Origin: a virus
Taxonomy: Duplodnaviria > Heunggongvirae > Uroviricota > Caudoviricetes
IMG/VR virus record: IMGVR_UViG_2703718845_000006
Length of the DNA: 45,755 nucleotides
Reading direction: 5' to 3' (one strand)
In this document: positions 10,326-18,890 of the stretch, in pieces
Position numbering within the stretch: the stretch's first letter is position 1
Layout: every line of letters begins with the position of its first letter
Notes under the pieces: generated by a model
Databases searched by the model: none
What the model saw: the letters and a program-made list of their open reading frames with translations, nothing else
What the model was told of the DNA's origin: nothing
Made by a program: the position numbers and the translations under genes

Positions 10326-10973
10326 TCAGCGACCAATCACCACAACCTGACCACCGTCCCCTTCGTCTGCCGTGCTGATCTCCTGAGAAACCACGCGAGA
10401 CCCCACGCGCATTTCACCGTACAGAACCGGCAGAACATTGCCCTGGGCAACCATGTTATCCAGTGAGGAGAAATAGGTGTTCTGTTTGCCGTTATCTGTA
10501 CTTGCTGCCGTGGGCGTCCTGGCTTTCGGTGCCAGCATCTGCGCCACTCCGCCCAGGATCATACTGGCCCCTGCCGCATACATGCCCGATACAGCCGCGG
10601 CACCCAGCCAGCCCACAGGGTTCCACCATGCCACCGCAATCAGCGCCGCCCCCAGCACCACCTGAAACACACCTCCACTTTTAGCTCCCGCCAGACGCGG
10701 CACGATGTGGATCACGGCACCATTTGCCAGCGGCTCATTAAGACGGGCAGACAATTCGGTTTCACCTGCATCACGCCCGGCAATGCGTACCTGGTACCAG
10801 CCGTCACTCAGTTTCTGACGAAACGCCGGGTTCTGCATGGCCAGCGCCCGGATGGCTTCGGACCCCGTTTTCACTCGAAGGTCGATGCGGCGGCCAAATC
10901 GTTGTAAATCCCCGTAAAGGCAGATGCGTGCCATGCCCGGTGACGCCAGAGGGAGTGTGTGCGTCGCTGCCAT
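10326..10973 (-). CDS. I: Tail assembly protein I
   Basis: MAATHTLPLASPGMARICLYGDLQRFGRRIDLRVKTG... matches lambda gpI; overlaps the 3' end of K as in lambda. Confidence 0.9.
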   Translation of the reverse strand: MAATHTLPLASPGMARICLYGDLQRFGRRIDLRVKTGSEAIRALAMQNPAFRQKLSDGWYQVRIAGRDAGETELSARLNEPLANGAVIHIVPRLAGAKSGGVFQVVLGAALIAVAWWNPVGWLGAAAVSGMYAAGASMILGGVAQMLAPKARTPTAASTDNGKQNTYFSSLDNMVAQGNVLPVLYGEMRVGSRVVSQEISTADEGDGGQVVVIGR

Positions 10974-11614
10974 TTGTCGGTGTACCTCTCTCGTTTGCTC
11001 AGTTGTTCAGGAATATGGTGCAGCAGCTCGCTGTCACCACAGTAAATGGCGGCATGATTCGGCACCGATGAACCAAAACAGCACAGCAGCACATCGCCCG
11101 GCTGCGCCGCTGACAACGGCACCTGATACAGCCCTGTGGCCTCCAGATTATCCAGATAGAGATTCTGACCGTTACGCCACCAGTCATCCTCGCGATGAAA
11201 ATCCGGCATCTCAATCCCCGCCAGATGGTAAGCATCCCGGAACAGCGTGTAACAGTCCGTCACCCCGTGCTCAAAGCGCCGCCCGGAAAGATGTGGCACA
11301 CAGCGGAACTTGTGAATCGCCCCCCGGCAAACCAGCCACCACGGCAAATCACTCTGCACCTGCAGCCGCCGGTCGGCCTCACTCAGCCAGGGCAGACCAC
11401 CGGGGTGGCTGTGGACCAGCGCCACAATCTCACCCTGCATTTCTGTCTGCAGCCAGTCCTCCGGAGCCATCCGGAAATAATCCTCCGGCTCACCGGAGAT
11501 ATTCACGCAGGGAAAATATCTTTCCCCCTCCGGCGTTCTCACCACGAAGCCGCACGACTCCGCTGGCGCACATCGCCGGGCGTGCGCCAGAATCGCTGAT
11601 TCTGTCTGTGTCAT
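10871..11614 (-). CDS. K: Tail assembly protein K (NlpC/P60 + JAB/MPN-type domains)
   Basis: 247 aa; conserved His/Cys motifs (HSHP, CxxF); position between L and I. Confidence 0.9.
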   Translation of the reverse strand: MTQTESAILAHARRCAPAESCGFVVRTPEGERYFPCVNISGEPEDYFRMAPEDWLQTEMQGEIVALVHSHPGGLPWLSEADRRLQVQSDLPWWLVCRGAIHKFRCVPHLSGRRFEHGVTDCYTLFRDAYHLAGIEMPDFHREDDWWRNGQNLYLDNLEATGLYQVPLSAAQPGDVLLCCFGSSVPNHAAIYCGDSELLHHIPEQLSKRERYTDKWQRRTHSLWRHRAWHASAFTGIYNDLAAASTFE

Positions 11615-11619
11615 GGGAT

Positions 11620-12318
11620 TTACTGCGAAAGTTTGTTAATGGAAAGGAAGCTGCCAAAGTTGCCGACATTATTGCGAAACTTACAGCCACTCAGGCATTT
11701 GCTGCATTTATCCTTCGTGATATCGGACGTCGGCTGATCATATTCATCCGCGACCGCCGGACCGTGATAACCGCACTCATCACCGCGATAGGTCCAGGTG
11801 CAGGTGTTGGCCAGCATGATACGTCCCGGAAAAACGGCACCGTCCGTTTCCGTCGGCGTGGACAGTACAAAAGAGGCACTCACCGCGCTCAGTTCGCTGC
11901 ACTGCTCGATGCGCCAGCGGCTGATCACCTCCTGCTCCGGATCGGCTTCGCTGTTTCCGTTGACGAAGTTCACCGCATCCAGAAAGCGGGCGTAAACCTT
12001 ACGCCGGACCACCGTTCCTCCGACCAGACTCTGCAGGTCTTCCGCCATCCCGGTGACCATGCCGTGCAGGTTAGAAACCGTCAGTGTCGGACGGGCAGCA
12101 CTGCCCTTGCCGTTCAGTTCAAATCCCGTCCCCTGAATGGGATACGCCTGATACTGTCGCCCCTGCCAGGTGACCGGCTCACCTTTTTCGTTCTGCTCAT
12201 TACAGAAAAAATAACGTTCTCCACCGACCACTGTCAGATCGATTTCCCAGAGCACCACCTGGGCTGACTGAGTGAGGCGTGTCGTCTCATGATGTGTTTC
12301 CTGTGGAATATCCTGCAT
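11620..12318 (-). CDS. L: Minor tail protein L
   Basis: 232 aa; lambda gpL-like with a C-terminal Cys cluster (CSKCLSGCKF); synteny. Confidence 0.9.
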   Translation of the reverse strand: MQDIPQETHHETTRLTQSAQVVLWEIDLTVVGGERYFFCNEQNEKGEPVTWQGRQYQAYPIQGTGFELNGKGSAARPTLTVSNLHGMVTGMAEDLQSLVGGTVVRRKVYARFLDAVNFVNGNSEADPEQEVISRWRIEQCSELSAVSASFVLSTPTETDGAVFPGRIMLANTCTWTYRGDECGYHGPAVADEYDQPTSDITKDKCSKCLSGCKFRNNVGNFGSFLSINKLSQ

Positions 12319-12327
12319 CAGAGCCTC

Positions 12328-12657
12328 CTATGCCACGACCTGTTCAAAATCTGCCGTTATGGTTACCCACAGCGCCCCCACGCTTGCCGACCATTTACGA
12401 CAAACCACCCTGATCGGCTTCCAGTCATAAGGTGGCGTCCACTGAAATGCGCGGACGCCACCGTGCCGTTCCAGAAAGGCTTTTAAAGATGGGTGTTCAC
12501 ATTTACGAACACGTATCGTCACGCTGTAAGTCGACAACTGGTTATTCAGTCCCGCCGCACGACGCTGTTCATAACCATCGCCCAGCTTCACTGTCACCAC
12601 TTTCGGCTCTGATACCACATTCATATCCGGGCGCACTTTCCAGTGAAACGTCTCCAT
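12328..12657 (-). CDS. M: Minor tail protein M
   Basis: 109 aa; synteny between H and L, lambda gpM-like. Confidence 0.85.
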   Translation of the reverse strand: METFHWKVRPDMNVVSEPKVVTVKLGDGYEQRRAAGLNNQLSTYSVTIRVRKCEHPSLKAFLERHGGVRAFQWTPPYDWKPIRVVCRKWSASVGALWVTITADFEQVVA

Positions 12658-15600
12658 TACCGATATGCTCCACTTAACCGACCACCATCACGGGCCTGCT
12701 GTTGCATAAAGTCCGCTGCTGCTTTTTTCCCGAGGTCATAAACCACCTTCAGAGCAGCCGGACCTATCTGCCCGTTCGTGCCATCGTTATTGATCTCTAT
12801 GTTGTACTGCGGGGCAAACATCGCCATACCTGAACCACCAATATCCGCCACAACCCCCAGCTTACCGTCAGCATCACGACGCAGTGGCAGAATGGCTTCA
12901 GGTCCCGCTTCCCCCATCACACCCGCGCCTTTTGCAAAAGCAAAAAACGTCGGACGGTTAACCACCGTGCCACTGTAGCGACTCAAATCAGCCGACTGAT
13001 AAACACCGCCATCAGCATTGGCTACAAAATCAAAAGGCAGCGCGGAAGCAATGCCTTTTACCGCTTTCATTAAAGCTATCTGAGCCATGATTCTGGACAT
13101 ATCTGACAGCACAGAAGAGGTGAAGGATTTGAAATTGAGTTTGCCTGTAGTACAGAATGTCGCCAGCCAGTCACTCATGCTACTGAACGCAGACGTGAAC
13201 AACTGTTCCACTGTCCCGGCTGTGTTATCCGCATTCTCAGTGACATTCTGGAGTGCACGCAGGACTCCGTTTTTCCAGTCACCCTGCACAACTTCAAGCT
13301 GTTGCCAGTAACGGCGATTCTCATTCAGTTGTCGGTTCAGGCTCTCCGTCAGCGCCTGCTCGGCCTTTCTGTAGTCATCCGTGTTATATGTCCCTTTCTG
13401 CTCACTATCCCGCCTCAACTGCTCCAGCTGTTGCTGGTATTTCTGGCGAAGACTCAGTTGTACCTGATATCGCTGCCGCTGCTGATCACCCATACCCACC
13501 GTGGCGATATCCAGGTCATGTTGCTGACGCTGAGCGCGCTCTTCTTCAGCCAGTTGACTGGTCAGCTGAATTGTTTTTTTCTTCAGCTCGTTGAGTGCCG
13601 TCTGTTTCTGAAGCTCCTGCTGTTTTACATCCAGCAGCGTCAGTGCCTGAATCAGTTCATCTTTACGGGCCAGCACACTCTTTTCATCTGCCGTCAGTTT
13701 TTTCCCGTCCAGGTCGCTGATGCGCTGCTGCAGAGCCAGAAGCTGTTTATGCGCTTCTGTCATCCTTTCCGTGGCAATGCCTGCTGACTGTCTGGCAGCA
13801 GCAATCTGTCCTTCCACCTGTGCCTGTTGCTGACTGTACTGCAGCAATAACCGGGTGGCCTCATCATTACGGGTTTCGCGTGTTTTTTTCTTACCGGATG
13901 CCAGGGCTTTCTCGTAACGTTCATTTTCACGTTGTATCGCCGCATCCCTGACAGCCTGATCGGCGTACTGCATGGCATTAATACGCGCAATTTCACGCTG
14001 ATGTCGTGCTGCTTCCGTTTCATTCATCCGGTTCAGTGCAGCATTTTCAGCATTACGGCGTTTCTGTTGCTCCTGATAATTCCGCTCTGCCTGCTCTTTT
14101 GCATCCTGCAAATCCTTCTGGCGTTTTTTCTCCTGAAGATCGTTAAGACGCTGCTGATCGTATTCAACCTGAGAAGATGATGCCGTCCAGGGGAGTCTTT
14201 TCGCCCGCGACACTTTCTCCTGTAAAGCGGCAATCTGTTCATCCAGCGAGTCTTCACGACCAATATTCATGGCCGCATCCCAGAAACGACTCCATAAATC
14301 AGACAGATACTTCAGCGTACTGCCCAGCGCATTGAGGTTATTATCAATATCCGCAGTACGCCGACCGGTTTCCTCTGCCAGTGCAGACATGGCTATCCGT
14401 GCCGCATCACTGGACCGCCCCTGATCCCCAAGGACGCGTATCTGCTCAAGCTGAGTGGCAGTAAGAAAATGCAGCTCATTGTCCAGAGCCTTCGCGGCAT
14501 TTACAGGATCATCCTTCAGCCGCTTAAACTGATTTATGGTATCGCTGACCGACTGGCCAACCGATCGCTCCATCTGTGCGGCAGCTCTCGCCACCATACC
14601 GATATCGTTTCCACGAAATGCACCACTCCCCACCACCTGAGCCAGCGCACCGGCTGCAGCATGTTGCGTGATACCATTTCCGGAAATAGCACGACTGAGC
14701 GTCCACAGCTGCCCGGCAGTGACTCCGGCATAATGCCCCGTCAGTGACAGCTGGCGGTTAAATTCTTCCCCCTCCTTCTGACCGTCATACCAGGCTTTAC
14801 CCAGACCATAGACGGCCGCGGCAATACCGCCAATAACCCCGCCCAGCATCATGCCTTTCGGTGACATCAGTGTGTCTATCCATCCGGCACGGTTAGCCAG
14901 CGTTATCCCGGTTCCCCTCAGCGCTCCTAAATTGCCACGGGCCAGTTCACCTATCAGAACGCCTATCTCCTGGCGGGCTGCTGCACTTTTCAGACCCAGC
15001 GAATGCGTGGCTTTTCCTGCCTGCTCCATTTTGCGGATATACACTTCTGCAGCACTGCTTACCCCCAGCTGGGCTGCCCTGGCACGAAGCAACTCAGAAG
15101 ATGAAAGATTCTGGCGGGTTGCCTGCTCTTTAAGCTGACGGATAAACGCCACTTTCTGTCGGGTAGCCTCTTCCTCAGCCTGTGTAAGAACACGGGTTTT
15201 CGCCGTAACCTCAGAAATCAGCGCCAGATAATCCTGCTGACCAATCCCGCCACTGTTTCTGGCCTGTCGGACCTGCTGCTGAATACGCTGTAATTCCTGC
15301 AGCCCCGCACTGGCCTGTTTCACACTGTCAATCTGACGATAAAACGCAGCAGCCGCTTTATCCTGAGCCTCCGCCAGAGCCATGGCCTGCGCCTGTTCCT
15401 CACGCATTTTCTGGCTCAGTGCCTCCATGCGCTGGCGGGTTTTCTCCACCTCGCGGGCCATGCGTTCATGAGCCTGTGCGTTCTTCTCCACCGTCTGCGC
15501 ATGGACGGATGCGGCTGTTGCAGCCGAAGAAGCCGCCTGCGTTGTCTGCCGGGCGGCCTGAGTCTGACGCTCCATAAAACGCTGCATACGGGCAGAAGAC

Positions 15601-15743
15601 CGTTCTGCATCGCTGGCTGCACCATTCAGAAGGTTTTTGATACGGGGAATTTCATTTTTAAACTCTGCCGCATCAATCCCCAAATCAATGACCAGGTTGG
15701 CTATCTGGTCCATAACGCACACCTCCGGAAATACCTTCCCCAA
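12657..15743 (-). CDS. H: Tail tape-measure protein H
   Basis: 1028 aa; long coiled-coil/Gln-rich regions typical of tape-measure proteins; synteny. Confidence 0.9.
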   Translation of the reverse strand: MGKVFPEVCVMDQIANLVIDLGIDAAEFKNEIPRIKNLLNGAASDAERSSARMQRFMERQTQAARQTTQAASSAATAASVHAQTVEKNAQAHERMAREVEKTRQRMEALSQKMREEQAQAMALAEAQDKAAAAFYRQIDSVKQASAGLQELQRIQQQVRQARNSGGIGQQDYLALISEVTAKTRVLTQAEEEATRQKVAFIRQLKEQATRQNLSSSELLRARAAQLGVSSAAEVYIRKMEQAGKATHSLGLKSAAARQEIGVLIGELARGNLGALRGTGITLANRAGWIDTLMSPKGMMLGGVIGGIAAAVYGLGKAWYDGQKEGEEFNRQLSLTGHYAGVTAGQLWTLSRAISGNGITQHAAAGALAQVVGSGAFRGNDIGMVARAAAQMERSVGQSVSDTINQFKRLKDDPVNAAKALDNELHFLTATQLEQIRVLGDQGRSSDAARIAMSALAEETGRRTADIDNNLNALGSTLKYLSDLWSRFWDAAMNIGREDSLDEQIAALQEKVSRAKRLPWTASSSQVEYDQQRLNDLQEKKRQKDLQDAKEQAERNYQEQQKRRNAENAALNRMNETEAARHQREIARINAMQYADQAVRDAAIQRENERYEKALASGKKKTRETRNDEATRLLLQYSQQQAQVEGQIAAARQSAGIATERMTEAHKQLLALQQRISDLDGKKLTADEKSVLARKDELIQALTLLDVKQQELQKQTALNELKKKTIQLTSQLAEEERAQRQQHDLDIATVGMGDQQRQRYQVQLSLRQKYQQQLEQLRRDSEQKGTYNTDDYRKAEQALTESLNRQLNENRRYWQQLEVVQGDWKNGVLRALQNVTENADNTAGTVEQLFTSAFSSMSDWLATFCTTGKLNFKSFTSSVLSDMSRIMAQIALMKAVKGIASALPFDFVANADGGVYQSADLSRYSGTVVNRPTFFAFAKGAGVMGEAGPEAILPLRRDADGKLGVVADIGGSGMAMFAPQYNIEINNDGTNGQIGPAALKVVYDLGKKAAADFMQQQARDGGRLSGAYR

Positions 15744-16014
15744 GATGCATCAGTTCTTCGTCCGTTCGCTCCGGTATCCCGTTCTCTTCCGGTAAAAGGC
15801 TGAAATCAGCCACCGCAGCATCACTGCTACCGGACACCATTCTCACGATCAATGCCTTCAGCGAGGCAAACTGCGCATCCATCCACACATCACTGAAGCT
15901 CTGCATCCGGAAATAATCGCCCCACTCACCAAGCTCAGTGGCCGACATTTCCGACAGCATCCGCCGCCAGTCTGCCCGCCTGAACTCCCGGGCAAGCCGC
16001 ATGACAAACTGCAT
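15685..16014 (-). CDS. T: Tail assembly chaperone T segment (expected to be made as a G-T fusion by -1 frameshift)
   Basis: ORF in the -1 frame relative to G, overlapping the G 3' end; T frame is open across ..GCC GGA AAA GTC.. The canonical GGGAAAG heptamer is not present; the nearest candidate is CGGAAAAG at 16029-16037. Confidence 0.7.
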   Translation of the reverse strand: MQFVMRLAREFRRADWRRMLSEMSATELGEWGDYFRMQSFSDVWMDAQFASLKALIVRMVSGSSDAAVADFSLLPEENGIPERTDEELMHLGEGISGGVRYGPDSQPGH

Positions 16015-16022
16015 TTCCCGCG

Positions 16023-16451
16023 TCAGGACTTTTCCGGCGTCAGCACCTCATGCTCCAAATCCCCGGCATTCTCAATGGCTCCCATACCGCTCAGCGACAG
16101 AACCATCTCCGCCCCCGTTCCCAGGGCATCATACGACCATGTTGTAATAACGGATGCGCAAAGCGTCTCAACATCCTGAGACTGTTCCGCATTCCACAGT
16201 GAGCGGGAAACCAGCCAGGCATTGATATCCATCCCCATCCGCAGAAAAGCAATCTGTCGTTCAGCCTCCGGCAGTTCTCCCTCTTCGGCATCAAACTTTG
16301 CCGTTCGCTGCTGAACAAACGCCAGATATTCAATTCTCTGCAGCCCGGACAGCTCACTGAGCACCACGGACTGCTTTTCATAATTAAACGTGCCCTGTTT
16401 CAGAAACATCATGTTCTCCACCTGCAAAAAAGCCCCGGATAACCGGGGCAA
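16023..16451 (-). CDS. G: Tail assembly chaperone G
   Basis: 142 aa acidic protein directly after V; lambda-like synteny. Confidence 0.85.
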   Translation of the reverse strand: MPRLSGAFLQVENMMFLKQGTFNYEKQSVVLSELSGLQRIEYLAFVQQRTAKFDAEEGELPEAERQIAFLRMGMDINAWLVSRSLWNAEQSQDVETLCASVITTWSYDALGTGAEMVLSLSGMGAIENAGDLEHEVLTPEKS

Positions 16452-16469
16452 ATGATGAGTATCGTCCTG

Positions 16470-17219
16470 TTAACCTGCGGCGCTGACAGCCACCGCAGCC
16501 ACTGCCACAAAATCGCCGTCAGAAGTCATGCCCACAATGCTGACACTGCCCTGCTTCACGCCTTTCACCGTGGCCACAAGCCCGTTCAGGGTCACCGTGG
16601 CAGTCTGTGGATCTGTCGAATGCACACTGATCGCTTTGTCACTGGCTCCGTCAGGTTTTACTGTAAAGGTCAGCGTGGTGGTTGCTCCCACTTTTACACT
16701 GGCAGATGCCGGTGCCACCGTCAGCCCGGTAACGCTCACTGTTTCAGTGCCTTCCTCTGCCAGATACGGACGCCCCACACCGCTGATTTTCACTGTGCGG
16801 GTCATCACGTCTTTTGAGGCAATGGTTTTACCCAGTGAGCTCAGCCAGCCACGGAAAACATCAACAGTGCCGTTGGGATATTTGATACGAAACGCGCAGA
16901 CTTCACCGGAGTCGAACAACTGAACCAGTTTTTTCTGTCCGCTGTCACCCGGACGCCAGGCCAGCGTCGCCGAAGTATCACCGACGGATTTCTGCCCCTG
17001 TGTTGTCGTTTTCCAGTCTGCATCTTCATCATCGAGATAAGTGTCATCTTCTGCATCAGCGGTCATTTCGCCAGGTTGCAGATCCTTCACCATCGCAAGA
17101 CGCAGCCAGTCAGTGTCCGATAAAGGGTTCGCAAACGCATCGCCCTTGCCGGTGTACATCCAGAACGTCGTTCCCGCACCTTTCGTTTTTGCCAGTGGAT
17201 TTGGTGTGGTCATTGCCAC
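16470..17219 (-). CDS. V: Major tail tube protein V with C-terminal Ig-like domain
   Basis: 249 aa; C-terminal VTGLTVAPASASVKVGATTTLTFTVKPDGA...VATVKGVKQGSVSIVG is a Big_2-like Ig domain as in lambda gpV. Confidence 0.9.
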   Translation of the reverse strand: MAMTTPNPLAKTKGAGTTFWMYTGKGDAFANPLSDTDWLRLAMVKDLQPGEMTADAEDDTYLDDEDADWKTTTQGQKSVGDTSATLAWRPGDSGQKKLVQLFDSGEVCAFRIKYPNGTVDVFRGWLSSLGKTIASKDVMTRTVKISGVGRPYLAEEGTETVSVTGLTVAPASASVKVGATTTLTFTVKPDGASDKAISVHSTDPQTATVTLNGLVATVKGVKQGSVSIVGMTSDGDFVAVAAVAVSAAG

Positions 17220-17224
17220 CTCCT

Positions 17225-17638
17225 TTAATTCGTGTACGTGATCTGGTACGTGATTTCCGCCATCGCCCAGGTGGCCATCTCATTATCACGTTGATAGTTA
17301 AAACCGAGAGGGATCAGGGTGTCGATGAGTCCGGAAAGTGCCGGTATATCATTCAGAGCCGGGAAAATGGTGCTCTCCATCCACATATCCAGCTCTGAAT
17401 CCGGTGCCTGTGCCCGGATGAAGACAGCAATATGCAGAACAGCCTGCCAGTCATCTTCATCCGTCATTTTTCCGGTGTACTGAGCATCACTCAGCCACAC
17501 CGCCACGGCAGGCAGTTCCTGCGCATCAATAAATGCCGGAAGCCCGTCAAAAAACGTGGCGCTGTCTCCACACTGTTCCCGAAGGCGTGCCAGTACGGCC
17601 TGGCGGATTTGTGTATGTCGGTTCATCGGGTCAGCCAT
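17225..17638 (-). CDS. U: Tail terminator protein U
   Basis: 137 aa; synteny between Z and V. Confidence 0.85.
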   Translation of the reverse strand: MADPMNRHTQIRQAVLARLREQCGDSATFFDGLPAFIDAQELPAVAVWLSDAQYTGKMTDEDDWQAVLHIAVFIRAQAPDSELDMWMESTIFPALNDIPALSGLIDTLIPLGFNYQRDNEMATWAMAEITYQITYTN

Positions 17639-18201
17639 AACCTCAGTTGTTGTTTCAGTGCATACCCCAGCTGTTTCGGCATTTCCGCAGCAATGATGCG
17701 GTCGCGGGCATCTTCAAATGCCTGTGTCAGCGGTCCGGAAAGCGGGATTTTCACCACATCAATGGGGTAACGATTTTTGCCATCAATACGCCGCATCACA
17801 TGCCAGCGACCATTCGCCAGTTGCTGAATAAACGCATCCCGGAAAAGATATTTACCCACCTTCAGCACACTGCCACGGTACTGCAGTTTTCCACCACGCC
17901 GGGCCAGTCTGACCCGGGCTGTCCCCAGCTTAATGGCGGGCAGATTGCCCCGGTTAACGCGGATCCTGGCCGTCATTTTTCCTGACGGACTGGCTTTAAA
18001 CACCCGGACACGCTGACGTACCAGTTTCAGGGGGATCCCTTTCACCTGGTTATCTCCCGCAACGGTATTCCCGGCAACCTGCCGGGTGGCAACCGAGACC
18101 GCTTTCTGTGCCACACGGTTTATCGCCCATGCGCTGGCCTGTGGCACCATACGGGTATCAAGGCTGTTCAGATTGCGGATGGCATTCTCAAGCCCCTTCA
18201 T
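17623..18201 (-). CDS. Z: Tail completion protein Z
   Basis: MKGLENAIRNL...NGRWHVMRRIDGKNRYPIDVVKIP...LGYALKQQLR closely resembles lambda gpZ. Confidence 0.85.
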   Translation of the reverse strand: MKGLENAIRNLNSLDTRMVPQASAWAINRVAQKAVSVATRQVAGNTVAGDNQVKGIPLKLVRQRVRVFKASPSGKMTARIRVNRGNLPAIKLGTARVRLARRGGKLQYRGSVLKVGKYLFRDAFIQQLANGRWHVMRRIDGKNRYPIDVVKIPLSGPLTQAFEDARDRIIAAEMPKQLGYALKQQLRLWLTR

Positions 18202-18212
18202 CCCACACCTCT

Positions 18213-18488
18213 TTACTCAATAAAGATCATTGGCTTACCGTTAAAACGTTCATGCCGTGTGACCGTCCATTGTTGTCCGTCATAAACAACGCGATCCCCG
18301 CGCCGTGGGCGGTATCCCGAAGAAAACACCACCAGAGAGACCGCAGGTCCGGACAGAGCATTCAGCTCTGCCAGTGTTTCGCCCGGGATCACAGCCATAT
18401 CGACATCATTAATCGAGGCTGTCTTTCCCATCTTTCTGACCGTGATCGCATCCATACGCGCTGCCAGCCGGGAAAAGGGATCAGACAT
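18213..18488 (-). CDS. Head-tail joining protein (gpFII-like)
   Basis: 91 aa; position before Z; RRGDRVVYDGQQWTV resembles the FII motif. Confidence 0.65.
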   Translation of the reverse strand: MSDPFSRLAARMDAITVRKMGKTASINDVDMAVIPGETLAELNALSGPAVSLVVFSSGYRPRRGDRVVYDGQQWTVTRHERFNGKPMIFIE

Positions 18489-18849
18489 TGAGTTTTACCG
18501 GCACTTCTTCTGCACTGGTTCCGGCATCTGCCCAGACAACCCCGACCAGCGGATCAGAGCCGCTGTTAGTCAGCTGAACTTTTCCGGACTTCAGATAAAC
18601 CTTCTTACCCGTTTTCATGTCATCCGTTTTCAGTTTAGGCAGGATAAACACACCTTCGGTCATGCCGTCGCCTGTTTCACCCTGTGGAATATCGGTCAGC
18701 GCCACCGCAAAAACATCACCCACCTGCACCAGATCTCCGCTGCTGATGGCTGCACTGGCAACAATCGCCACCGTTTTTCCTTCTTCTACAAAATTCTTTG
18801 CCATAACTGTCTCCGCACAGCCCCGTTCAGGGGCTGATTTCAGGTACAA
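18481..18849 (-). CDS. Small head-associated protein (DUF2190-like); start uncertain (possibly the internal MAKNF..)
   Basis: 122-aa Gly/Val-rich ORF directly downstream of the capsid gene. Confidence 0.5.
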   Translation of the reverse strand: MYLKSAPERGCAETVMAKNFVEEGKTVAIVASAAISSGDLVQVGDVFAVALTDIPQGETGDGMTEGVFILPKLKTDDMKTGKKVYLKSGKVQLTNSGSDPLVGVVWADAGTSAEEVPVKLNV

Positions 18850-18890
18850 AAAAAGCCCTTACGGGCCATCAGAGTTGTTGTCTGCGACGT

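Noticed and set aside
10924-12267. 447-aa plus-strand ORF spanning K and L
   Set aside because: Antisense to lambda-like tail genes; translation is Pro/Arg/Ser-rich with no motifs.
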